DNA of 64,000 nt, from NCBI RefSeq assembly GCF_009914755.1, contig NC_060929.1; one strand, 5' to 3'. This DNA is from the human T2T-CHM13v2.0 reference genome, Homo sapiens. Of this stretch, positions 19,906 to 31,419 are shown one piece after another; the first letter of the stretch is position 1; every line of letters begins with the position of its first letter. Made by a program: the position numbers and the translations under genes. Below the pieces are notes generated by a model, which saw only the letters and a list, made by a program, of their open reading frames with translations, did not search any database and was not told the origin of the DNA.

Positions 19906-22089
19906 TTAGAACTTCAACCCCAGCAGGTTCTGCTGTGAGGATGGGAGAAGAGTGTGCTAGAAACAGGTGGAGGCAGGGAAGGAAGGTCTGCTCTACTTTG
20001 ACTGTTAAAAGGCCTAGATCCCAGGACAGGAGACCATCAGGCCAAAATCTAATGCCTAGTGTCTGAGGAAACAGGTACCCTTTAGTCCAGTTCAAGTTCA
20101 TGTTGATGTCCAAGAGGCCTCAGACAATCTATGGGGAATACAGATCTCTGGGTAGAGGTTTGGAGGATGGGTGGTATACTGACTGAAAAAGAATGCTGAC
20201 AATTTGGAATATAGCCCAGATGGCAGCACCTGGTGAAAAGGGACTGTCACATCATCTGAGCCCAAACCAACTGATGGGAATTGAGGATAGACTTCAGGCT
20301 CCTCTTAGTAGAGAACTGAAATAAAGAACAAATCAGGAGCAGAGACTGAATGTACAGCAGTTGAGAGAAGAGCTGTGGGCAGATAGAAAGGGTGCTGTGT
20401 GGAGGGAAGCCTGTTGCTGCATAACCAAAGCATGTGTCCTCATATGTAGTTTCCAAAATGATTCCTAACATGTATAAGTCATTGTAGAAGATGTTCATAG
20501 TATTTAAGTTGGGATTTTTGTCATACTGTAACTTTCGGTTTTATTGGAAAGTAAATGTTAGTATGTTCTTGGGCAGAGGGTTATCTAGCTTGATAAAGTG
20601 CATATCATAAATTGATAAGTTTGAAAGTGACTGTAGGAGATAAGTCAGTCAATAAGTTCCTGGCTTTCATTTCAGAAAGTGTTCCTTTTAGAGGAGAGAA
20701 ACACTATCATGAAGATATGCAAACAATGCTAGAAAATTTGATAATGTGACTTACAGAAAAACAGAAAAGTTTTGTCTGAACTATTAAAATTCAACTTGCA
20801 GCAGCAGCAAAAACAAGTAAAGTAACAGCCAAAATTACTCTGTTAGCTATTTCAGGACTTATTTCTAAATATTTATAAATGATAATAGTATGATGAATTT
20901 GGCTGGTTTCCTTGAAAAATTTAAAAAGGTTAGTAAAGGCAATATTTTTAAAAATATTTGTTTATTCACAGTTTTAAATGGCAGAAATTTTATAAGGCAC
21001 TGCATAATTATCAAGGTTTTAAAAACAGTTACCTGTATCTCTGGGATAAAAAAGAAAGCACATTTGACTATTTGAAAAATTGAAAGTTGAAGCAAGACCA
21101 TGTCAAGAAAAATTTGTTATCTGTATCTTCTCCATTTATGTGATAATTGTTCCCTAAATCCAAATTTATGTAACAAAACTATATTCTATGTATTTCCCAT
21201 GAGTCAACTAGTTTCTCTTTAGTGTCTGCCATTTCCAGCATTCTTTTAAAGCCTATAAACAAAATTTGGTGTAAAAGATTGCATCAAATGTTGCTGATAG
21301 TTATTAAAAATATATTTCAACTCCAAAATTTGTTCTTAAAGACTAGCATTTTAATCACAGATGTTATTTTTTACCTCTGATTAATAATTGTATCCTTAAT
21401 TATTGACGATAGCTGAAGGGTTTGACTAAGACATCAGGAATAATTTTTCTCTCTTCCTAAGTTGTGATGATAGATAAATAATTTTTCTATTTTTAAAGAA
21501 ATACATTAGTTCCTAAGTATCTTATTTCTCTTACTTGAAAGGATAAAAGAATGTTTCCTGTATTGATTTCATTTTCCTGTGAAGTTGAAGCATGAAAAAG
21601 TAAATGAATATTAAAAATATTCCATTGTGTTGGTATAATAAAAGCTCGAATACCCAAAGAAAAGTTCCATACTATGTAATATTTTGTGACTTGATTAGTC
21701 TGCTGTGCTTTAAAAACTAAACACAGAACAGGAAATATCCCAGTCAATGTTAGAGTTTTATATAAAACATAAAGTTTCAAATTTTAAAGATAAATTTAAT
21801 TTCCTTTACAGTATTTATCAAAATTAAAAGGGTGAAATAGAAATGTAACATCAAGAGGTTTTATAATCTTAAGGTTTTTCTTTGTCATTTATTAAAAATT
21901 ATTTTTAAATAGCATACTGATATGATTATACTCCTTCCACCCCAGCTGCTTTAGAGGCCTGTCCTAAACAAGCAATTAAAACTAGATTTTGTTCTTTTAA
22001 GTTTGAAAGGTGGCTCCCACACAGATTTAACTTGGGTAATTGGTTGGCCACTACAACCAGCTAGTGACTGATTGTGCTTCCATTAAGAG

Positions 22090-22490
22090 CAGTTCGGCCA
22101 AGGAACTCTGCTCGACACTAAAACCACTGAGAAGAGGGATATATAGTCTCTCTCCTGGATGAGTTCACAATCTGCTTTGGAAGCAGGAACAGCATGTAAA
22201 TGCATAATTGAAACAAGTGCACTCATACTATAAAAGTATGTTCCTAGAAACATGATTAATACATAGGAAGAATGATTCACTCTGCCTAGGATAGCTTTGT
22301 AGGGGACATGGCTAAGGCAAAGAGTCTTTGTCCAAATGAGTAGTAACCAACAGTCTTTAAACAGCAGATGTGTCTCCCATGAGATTGTGATCTTCGTAAG
22401 GGCAGAAACCGTGTATATTTTGTTCACCAATATTTCTTTAAAACCTAGTATAATAATCAATATTCAAGAAAAGCATTGCTGAATGACCCA
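22090..22490. mobile_element. Two L2 fragments in opposite orientations
   Basis: Antisense L2 at about 22090-22330; sense L2 tail (GATTGTGATCTTCGTAAGGGCAG...TTTTGTTCACC) at about 22370-22490. Confidence 0.55.
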
Positions 22491-22629
22491 GGTAAAGAAA
22501 GATAGGAAGGAGCATACTAAGCAGAAATGGAATTATCTACATTAGATGTTCAAGAAATGATACATTGTTGATACCTGTGGAACACAAAGTCAAGACAGGT
22601 GGGGAAATGGTTGGAGATAAAGCTGGAGG

Positions 22630-22880
22630 GATGATAATAATGGTAGGTAACATTTATTCAGCATTTACTGTACCACACAGTTTTAGGCACCTTATGTATA
22701 TTCGTTCACTTAATCCTCACAAAATCCTTGAAGGATGTACAATTATTATTCTTCCATTTTTACAGATGAGGAAACTGAAGTACAGAGAGGTTAAGTGATT
22801 TTCTCCAGATCATATAAGTGACTTAGGGCAGAACCAGCTTTTGAACCCAGGCAGTCTGGCTCCAAGTTTACGCTCTTAAT
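22630..22880 (-). mobile_element. MIR, near full length
   Basis: CCATTTTACAGATGAGGAAACTGAAGTACAGAGAGGTTAAGTGA...TTTGAACCCAGGCAGTCTGGCTCCA. Confidence 0.92.
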
Positions 22881-23418
22881 AGTGTGGGGCTTTTTGTATT
22901 TAATTAGACATATGTAACTGACATTTTTGCAAGTCGCAATGGTTACATATTGGTAATTTCAAATGGTTCAACCTAATGTCATGCAGAAGAATTTGGGTAT
23001 TATAAATACAGATGGAACCCTGGAAAGGGTTTGAACAAGGGAAACAAGACTTTTGGGGGCAATAGACTATAGCCTCCCCAACTCACCAAAACTCTCTAAA
23101 AACAAGGACCACTATTATCCAGTAATCCAGGACTCCCACTCTAAGCCTGTCTTATTCCCATTTCTTTGTAAATTGGCCTGATTCCTTACCCTTTGACCTT
23201 ATTCCTTTGACTTTACCAGTCCAGTTGCCTTTGGCTGACACTTCTCTGTTTCTGGTGATTTCTGCTACTATAAGGTGAAGTTCTAATAACCAGCGCTCAA
23301 AAACAGAAAAGAAAGCAAAAGCAACTCTTTGTAAAGCTTTTCTGTATGACCTTACTTCCTTCTGCTTGGCCCGGGCCATCCCAGGTCTACCCATAAAGCA
23401 TATACTGCTATAAGATTG

Positions 23419-23776
23419 AGCCAGGCACAGTGGCTCATGCCTGTAATCCCAGCACTTTGGGAGGCCAAGGCAGTTGGTTAACTTGAGGTCTGGAGTTTGA
23501 GACCAGCCTGGGCAACATGGCGAAACCCTGTTTTTACTAAAAATACAAAAAGTAGTCGAGCGTAGTGGCACTCACCTGTAATCCCAGCTACTTGGGAGTC
23601 TGAGGTGAGAGAATCACTTGAACCCTACTTGGGAGGCTGAGGTGGGAGAATCACTTGAAGCCAGGAGGCAGAGGTTGCAATGAGCTGAGATCACGCCACT
23701 GTACTCCAGCCTGGGTGACAGAACTAGACCCCGTCTAAAAATAAAAAATAAAAATAAAATAAAAACAATAAAAAAA
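23419..23776 (+). mobile_element. AluS with an internal 37-bp duplication
   Basis: Dimeric Alu; CTACTTGGGAG...TTGAA repeated at 23588 and 23625; A-rich tail. Confidence 0.95.
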
Positions 23777-23989
23777 GGATTGAACAGGAGATAACTTAAA
23801 GCATAAGAGAATTTTTAAATAGTTAGAATACATATATAAAAAATCGTGTTTTAATTGAGTCCTTTCTGGTTTTATGTTTTAGAAATGTCTCCAAGTATGG
23901 GTAGCACATAAATATCATATAAAAGTAATTTCATATTTCTCACAGTTATTCTTTAATCTGTACTGCTTAGAAAGACAATCTTGAGAATA

Positions 23990-24200
23990 ATGATAGGAAC
24001 TACATTTTTTTAGCTAGTTATAGCTTACAAATTATTTTCATATACAGATTTTCATTTGATCTTCACAGTAGCCTAGTGAGGTAATTATCACCATTTTATA
24101 GATTAAAGAACATAGATTTAGTGAAGATACATGTGTTTTCAGAGCTTCATTCAAGGTTTTCTACCTTCAGATCTAGGCTTTTTTTTTCACTACCATGCAA
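23990..24200 (-). mobile_element. MIR (degenerate)
   Basis: TCATTTGATCTTCACAG...CCATTTTATAGAT. Confidence 0.7.
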
Positions 24201-25762
24201 AACCTCTTCACATTTATAAATTCTATGAATCAAAATCTTATTAATACTAGCTAATACTGGAGACACATGAGTCTCTAGTCCAAGCTTTAACCACTATGGC
24301 ATTTGTATAAAACAAGTAAATTCCCAACTCTGTGATAATTACTCAGGTAACCTGAAGTATTTTTTATTGGTGTAAAAGCAATTTTGATATCATCAATTTG
24401 AAGCAAAGAAGCCTTATCCTAATGTAACATTCAGATAATACAGGCTATACAACTTGTCTGTATAAACTAGTGCTGTGCGTTAAAATAGCATTTCCCAAAG
24501 TCTCTTAGTTTACTTAAGAAATATTTTTCGTTGTGTCTTGATGTCAGTGGCTTTTATAAACTGGTTACCTCATCTGTTCATTAGGCTCTGTGAAGGAAAG
24601 GGGGAGATGAAGGAAACATCCAACCTAGGGTAAGTCATGAAAGGATTTTTTTCTACACAGCAAAATCTTAGATCCTACTGTAAGACTTTACCCTTGGTTT
24701 CCAGAAGAAAAAAGGATGGACAAGAGGCTGCTCTGTCTCTTCTTCAACTATGTACCAATCAGAGGGTCCACATACCATGCAGTCATTGACTCTCCCTTAG
24801 GGTTTACTAAAGCTGTATAGTTCTGCCATGTTTGTTCCTAACCAGCTTTCCCGACAGGCCTGTTTTTCTCTATTCACATATCACCAAAGACTGTGCTAAG
24901 GCACTAACCTTGGTCTGGATTTTAGAAACTTGGGGAACTATAAGAAGTAGGGCAAGACTGGCTTCCAATTGTAGAGAATAAAGTCCTAGGGGGGAACTCA
25001 AGATAGTATCCAAGGGGAAATCTAGCTCATAAATTACAAAGTGATCTAACAAGCTCCCATGCACAGGTACCAGAAAGAGAAAGAACTCATGTCTGATGGA
25101 AAGGAGCCACAAACGAAGGTAGAAAGATAGGCGGGTTGGTGTTAGTAAGAGACTGAATCTGGCAAAAGGCCCATAAATGATGGATACCTTTTTGTAGTAC
25201 CCCTGTGGCTTCAACCCAGTGAGAAAAGGAGCAATAAAGGACATCAAAACCAATTTTCAGTCCCACTCCAATCTTCAGAGCTTGAGGTTTCTGCCATGGT
25301 TAATTCTAATCTTTTTCTTATGGACTTACCCAGACCCATTAGCTAGTGTCTTGATTTAACTTGGGAATGCTATCCTGGCCTATTTTCTCCCGCAAGATGT
25401 ACTGGGCCTACTCTCTAGCTCTAGTCTTTAACTAATGCACTGGTTTGGTCTTCCCAGTTTCCTGCATTGCAGCTCAAGCCTGAAGTCTTTCTGTCATATC
25501 GGAACTAAAGAGACTCATGCTTCAGGAACTATAGGAGAGAATGCCATATGTAGGGCTGGAACAAAGCATGTACAGGAAAAGGAGGGTGGGAGAAAGAGGA
25601 TGAAGAATTACTCTCTCCATTCAGCAAAAAAGGAAAATGTTTCTTCAGATTACCAAGGGATACTTGCCAGTGTTCAGGATGTTTCATAATTCATATTATT
25701 ATCTTATTTTTTTTGTAGTGGGAATTATCAAAGACAGTAAAAAGATGTTAGAAGAGAAATTC

Positions 25763-25975
25763 AGGGGTAGGGGAAATGGGAATATGTTAGTCAAAGGACA
25801 CAAACTTTGAGTTATAAGATGAACAGTTTCTGGGAATCCAAGGTACAGCATGGGTGGTGATATGTGTGTTAATTTGTGATAATCATTATGTAGTATATAC
25901 ATATATCCAATCATCGTGTTATACACCTTGGATATATTCACCCTTGTCAATTAAATAGTTTAAAATATAAAAGAA
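25763..25975 (+). mobile_element. L1MA 3'UTR terminal fragment
   Basis: GTTAGTCAAAGGACACAAACTT...GTTATAAGATGAA...CATCGTGTTATACACCTT; imperfect flanking repeat AGA(G/A)AAATTCA. Confidence 0.8.
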
Positions 25976-26189
25976 AAATTCAAGACCTTAATGTCAGCTA
26001 AAGGCCTTAGACTTAGTTACTCTCCCCAACCCCTTCTGGGTTATTTTTGTTTGTTTGAAGAAATGTTATTGCCTCAAAAATTCTTGATTTCTCTAGTTCC
26101 TCTCACTCTATTTTAATATCAGTCAGCTATCCTTGTGTTTCCATCTGATGTTTCACAGATTGAGGGCTGTGAAGTCACTTACCCTCTCG

Positions 26190-26560
26190 AAGCAGTTAGG
26201 AGACTATTACAGCTATTCCAGAAAGAGATGATAAGGGTTTGAACTATGTCACGTGCAGTATGAGTGCCAAGGAAGGGGTTGAATAGTTGAATTCAAAAAC
26301 ATTTTCAGAAATAGAATAAATACAAATTCTTGATATGACAGGGTAAAGGAGAGGGGAGAATCCAAGAAGATATTGAGAGTACATTTCTAACAGAAGTAGA
26401 GGGCCCATGGCAATCTATGAATTAAGACATAGGGCACAGGGTTAAGAGCAGGTTTCAGAGGGAACAAAGATTTGACATTTGCTTTTGGACTTGTTGAATT
26501 TGAGGTACCTGTAGGACATCTAGGAAGAGAAAGCCAGAACAGTCTAGTTGAAATATGGGG
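26190..26560 (-). mobile_element. L2 fragment
   Basis: TTTTGGACTTGTTGAATTTGAGGTACCTGTAGGACATC. Confidence 0.75.
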
Positions 26561-26790
26561 TGGAGGGTATAACATTGAGAGAGGCTCAAAAGGAACACAG
26601 CGGAGCTAAGTGATTCAAGGATGGTATATAGGAGTCTCAGGTCTTTTCTTTAATATTGTCTATCAAAATCACTTCCTTGTCTTCCACAGACTCCTTCCTG
26701 AGTCTGTCTTGCTGTCAACCCTGCAGAAGATTCCCACCCCCACCCTGTACCCCTAAAAGGCAGGGCCTATGTCTTTACTTCTCCTTCTTT

Positions 26791-26909
26791 CTTTCTTTTT
26801 TTTTTTTTTTTTTGAGGCAGAGTCTCGCTCTGTTGCCCAGGCTGGAGTGCAGTGGTGCGATCTCGGCTCACTGCAAGCTCCACTTCCCGGTTCCAAGCCA
26901 TTCTCCTGC
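26791..26909 (-). mobile_element. 5'-truncated Alu (3' part of right arm, AluY-like)
   Basis: Perfect 15-bp TSD TACTTCTCCTTCTTT (26776-26790, 26910-26924). Confidence 0.95.
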
Positions 26910-28924
26910 TACTTCTCCTTCTTTATAACCTAGGGACATTGCTAAAAGATAGCAGTTTTTAAGAAAAAATGCTAAAAGAGAGCATTTTTAAGAAAATATA
27001 GTTTGACTATGACTTCATTTTCAGATGTCAGGACTGGTTTTTGTTTCACTTTTTTGCCCATTAAGATTTAGAGGTTTTCTGCAAGTCAGCAGAAAATTGT
27101 AGTTACTATATCCCCTGTTATGAAAGCAAACCCCCAGTTTTCTTCTGGATATGATGTGTTAATATGGGAACACACATTTTGCTGACATGCCCTAATGCTT
27201 AATATTTTGATGAATCAATCTGGGAATAAGAATTGATTGAAAACATCTCAATTTTACATTGGCTGAAGTAAGTATTGGTTAGGAAGATGGGCAGCCAGTT
27301 AGCTGACAGGATCTACACCGTGCTAGATGGATTGCAATAAAAAAAAATAGAATTAAACACAGTATACTGCTATCAATTACTGACTGGCAAGTATGTTATT
27401 GAACCATATCAGAAATAAAAGCCAAAGCATTTTCCTGTGATTCCCAAAAAAGCTCAAATTGCGAATATCTTTAGTGCCTAGTAAACAAACAATTCTACCT
27501 TGTATAATGTGAAATATTACAGTGAACAAAGTATTTAGTTTTTTCTACTAGCAAATTAAGCCTTTTTAAAATTCTGTGCACACAAAAAACATATGCTTAT
27601 TATATTAAAAATTGATTATTTGAGTGGCTCTTAATTCAAATAAAGCTTTAAATGGAAAAGAATACATTCCAGTATAACAGAATTTTACCTGTACTAAACT
27701 AAAATCATATCTAAAATACAAATAAAGAAACAGTACAAAACATATCCTTTCTGAAGCACCATTAACAGCATCTTGAATTGGCATCTAACCACAGCATTGC
27801 TTATAAGGTAGTACATCTTGTGCTCTTATTGGCCAAGTTTTTCATCTGCATTCCATGGAAAAAAAGTTTGGCTATCATTTGTAAGAGTATGATCAGTGGT
27901 GTGTTGCTATGAGCCCGTGAAATAGAAAAACAAAATTAGGAAAGACCTATGTAGCTAGAAAATGTGGCTTTTTAAAATTGTCATCAGAAAGCTATTAATG
28001 ACTTTTAAGGAAGCAAGAAAGAAAAAAAATTACTAAATACAAAAGCCTGTTAAAATGATTTCAGTGTTTTATGCTACCCTTATGAAAGTCTTGGACTTCA
28101 AATGCTTTTTCCTTTGGTAATGCTGCTAATGATAGCAAAATTTTTAGCCTTACGCCTTGTAACTGGAGACATTATTAATACACAAAAATGCCTTTCATAG
28201 TCTGAGCCATCTGATAATAGGGTGGAGTATATTTAAATCATAATGAATTGGGAGGGAAGAGATTGTTATGTGACAGACATAAAAATCCTTTATCATTTAA
28301 GTGAAGTTGCAAGAACAGTCCCCTCATAAGTCATTATTGCCCCCAATATACAAAGTACCAGAGTCCATTGAGAAGTCTTCCAAGGTAAAATTCTGGACCC
28401 ATATTCCACAGTAGCTCCTATTCTTCCATATCTCGAGCATACCATGTTCAGAGACTTAGAAAACTTGTAGGAACATGTGAGCAGCTCTGAGGTCTTTATT
28501 CAAGTATAAGACTTAATGGAGGCCTAACCAGGTCAGCACCTTCAGAGGGCGTACAGGTGGCCCCTCTTACCTTGTATACCTAATGTTAAGAACTCTACAG
28601 AATACTAGGGAGGGCCTTTTTCAGGAGAAAACAAAGATTTCCTTTTTTGAAAATATAAATTCAACTTCCTTTCTCAATTTTTTATAAGCCATGTTAACAA
28701 TATTTTATTTTATCATGAATATCTGAAATATTAGGAATAAGAAAAGCTCACAAGAGCTTTAAGTTATGATAAAATACTTGAAGATAAAGGCAGCATTCTT
28801 TCTTTCCTCTGCATTGGGCTTGATTGGTGGTTCACTAAACTGAAAAGCCACAGGTGGTACTGCAGACTAACTGCAAATGGCCCTCATATTCCAGCCACCA
28901 CAGAAGCTAGAAAAGTTTTGACTT

Positions 28925-29290
28925 CTGTATCAGTTAGGCTAACACAGATAGATGTAGTAACAAACAACATGAAAATGTTAGGAGCTTAAACACAGCTAAG
29001 TTTATTTCTTGCTACCATGTGTCAGAAAAGGAGCTCTGGGCACAGTAGCGACTTAGGGACACTGGAAGATGGAGAGTCAGTTACTTCCACAATCATAGAG
29101 GCAGAGAACTTGCCAAGCTGTGCGCAGGCTCTGAAAGCTACTTCCTAGAAGTAACAGTCATCACTTCTGCTCAAATTTCACTGACTAAGTCAAGTTACAC
29201 AGCCATGCCTGCATTCAGTGTGGTGGAGATATGTAATCCTCCTGCAGAGAGAGATACTGTATATTTGTAACCAATAATATAACTACCAAA
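28925..29290 (-). mobile_element. MLT1-type (ERVL-MaLR) solo LTR
   Basis: TGTATCAGTTAGG...GTAACAAACAAC...GTTTATTTCTTGCT...TCACTTCTGCTCA. Confidence 0.75.
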
Positions 29291-31141
29291 CTTCCAATTC
29301 TATTTGCTATGCCAATGGAGTGTAGGTTTCAGAACAGTTTGCCTGGTTTATTGTGGTTTTCAAACCACCAGCATAAAAGCCTACAGACACATCAAGTGGG
29401 AGAGGCCTTGGACTTCATGGCCTGTTCTTCCCAGTGTGGCCACCAGAGTGTGGATTCCAAGGTCCGTTTTTCCTGGTTTGTTAGTACCACTGAATTTTCC
29501 GTGAGCATTATCAACTCCCTTCACATAGTAACTTTGGGCTCAGGAAGAAAAGGCATTCATAATCTCATTTAAGAGGGTGAAGATAGAGTGGGAAGGAGGA
29601 TACAGAGACTGCCATAAAAACCTGTTCATGTTCTATTATTTACACAATGGGAGTTTTCTGAGAATTGCTTTTAATGTGAGTTACAAAGAGATTTAAAAAT
29701 AATAATTAAGTTGTCGATATTAGAACATTTGAAAACTCAGTTCCACTTCCTTTGCTTAATTCTAATAATCTGACCCTAATTCCCTTCTCTAATGTTTTTA
29801 TTATATAAATGACAATGATGGATGTATTGTTTGATGGTGAGCCACTGAACAGGTGTAGGAAATATACAAACAGGCAGGCTCCATCTGGAAAATTTTCATC
29901 AAAGAGGTAGGATTCTAGGGACTATAAAACTTATTTTTATAATTAAGATAACAAGAGCCATGCTTGAGGGAAGTGAAAAGAAAGGCATACTTTTGAGGAA
30001 CATTTATTAAGCAACCACTGTACGACAGACTCTGTGCTAGGTACCACGGATCCAAAGTAAATATTTATAGAGAGAGCATATACAGTATATGGTATGGTTT
30101 GCAGGAACTCTGGAGGGAGATTTGGCCAAAGGCATCAAAGGCAAATTTGACTAACAGAAGAGGACAAACAAAGAAACAGAAAAAAAGACATAGAAATAGA
30201 AAAAATGGAAACAGCAGACCTCTCAGTGACAAGTCAGTATATATTTTAGCATTGAACTCCTTCTTCTGTGGAAGGTTGTGTTTTATATTAAAATGTGAGG
30301 CATGCAGAGTATTAGAATTGTAGATTGTAGCTAGTAGACGATACTGAGGAAGCCTAAAAATTTTACCTCTTCAATGTTAGGGAGATTGATGGTCAGCCAG
30401 TGAAAAATGGGTCTTCGCTTTTTTATCCTGTCACTGAAGATGAGATGTGATTATTTTGTGGAAAAAGCAGCAACCTTGCACCACTTCTGGCCACTTTAAT
30501 TTAGGCAAGGACCCATCTATGTTGAGTCACATGTTCCTGTTTAATTAAGAAGGAGTTCAGGGTCAGTGAAAAATGCTAGCAGCTCTGTCATTCCTTTAAG
30601 TAACATGGACAGTCAGAGTCAGCATTTGCAGCAATCTTGGGAGCATCAGGAAGAGTTATATCAGGAAACAAGATACTTCACTCCTCTAGCCCAATCCACT
30701 TACACAGAGAAAAGAGTTTACTGTATGCCATAAAGTCCTTGACTCTAGACACATAAATTTACTTGTCTTGTTGCCAACCTAAAAGATAGATTGTCTAATC
30801 AGCCTCTGAGTATTGAGTTAAAGAAAGGACAAGCAAAAACATTTGGGAGAAAACAGAACCCTAACTAGGATCCAGTGTAAGTTTTTGTTTCACTCGACCT
30901 GTTTTTCATGTCAGACCTTTCTATCAGCCTAACTGTAACTTACATTTCAGAATTCAGAGATCTCCTCCCTTTTTCAGACATCACTTCCTCAGAGGCCTTA
31001 TCCGTGAACCCCATGAAAATAGTCTCCACCCCACCTCCATTATACTCTGTCCCCGAACCTCCTCTATTTTTTCTAAAAACAGATATAACTATCAGAAATT
31101 GTACCACTTATTTACTTGTTTATTTTTTGTCTTCCACCAAT

Positions 31142-31266
31142 CTTTTTGTTTTGTTTTGTTTTGTTTTTTTTTGAAAGTCTTGCTGTGTGGCCCAGGCTGG
31201 ATTCGAACTCCTAGGCTCAAGCTATCCTCCCACTTCAGTCTCCCTACAAGCTGGGACTAGAGGTGT
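31142..31266 (-). mobile_element. Old monomeric Alu (FLAM/AluJ left-arm type), slightly 5'-truncated
   Basis: (TTTTG)n/T tail, GTCTTGCTGTGTGGCCCAGGCTGGATTCGAACTCCTAGGCTCAAGCTATCCTCC. Confidence 0.9.
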
Positions 31267-31274
31267 AATTTCTA

Positions 31275-31364
31275 AGAATTACAGAATTTTGCAGCAAAAT
31301 ATATATATATTTATATAAAATATATATATATCTATCTTGGGGTCAGCACCTTTCTAGTGTTTTT
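31275..31364 (+). repeat. Dispersed copy of 33602-33767
   Basis: Shares AGAATTACAGAATTTTGCAGCAAAA, a TA tract and TATCTTGGG..AGCAC.TTTCTAGTGTTTTT. Confidence 0.93.
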
Positions 31365-31369
31365 CAGTT

Positions 31370-31419
31370 TCAAGCAGTATCTTTGGATAGAGGCAGACTA
31401 GGAGGCATCTTGATTGCCA
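31370..31419 (+). repeat. Dispersed copy of 33018-33067
   Basis: 49/50 identical: TCAAGCAGTATCTTTGGAT(A/G)GAGGCAGACTAGGAGGCATCTTGATTGCCA. Confidence 0.97.

Noticed and set aside
20120-20400. Possible additional CR1/L3 fragment and partial CTCF-like motif
   Set aside because: Similarity is too weak to call by eye.
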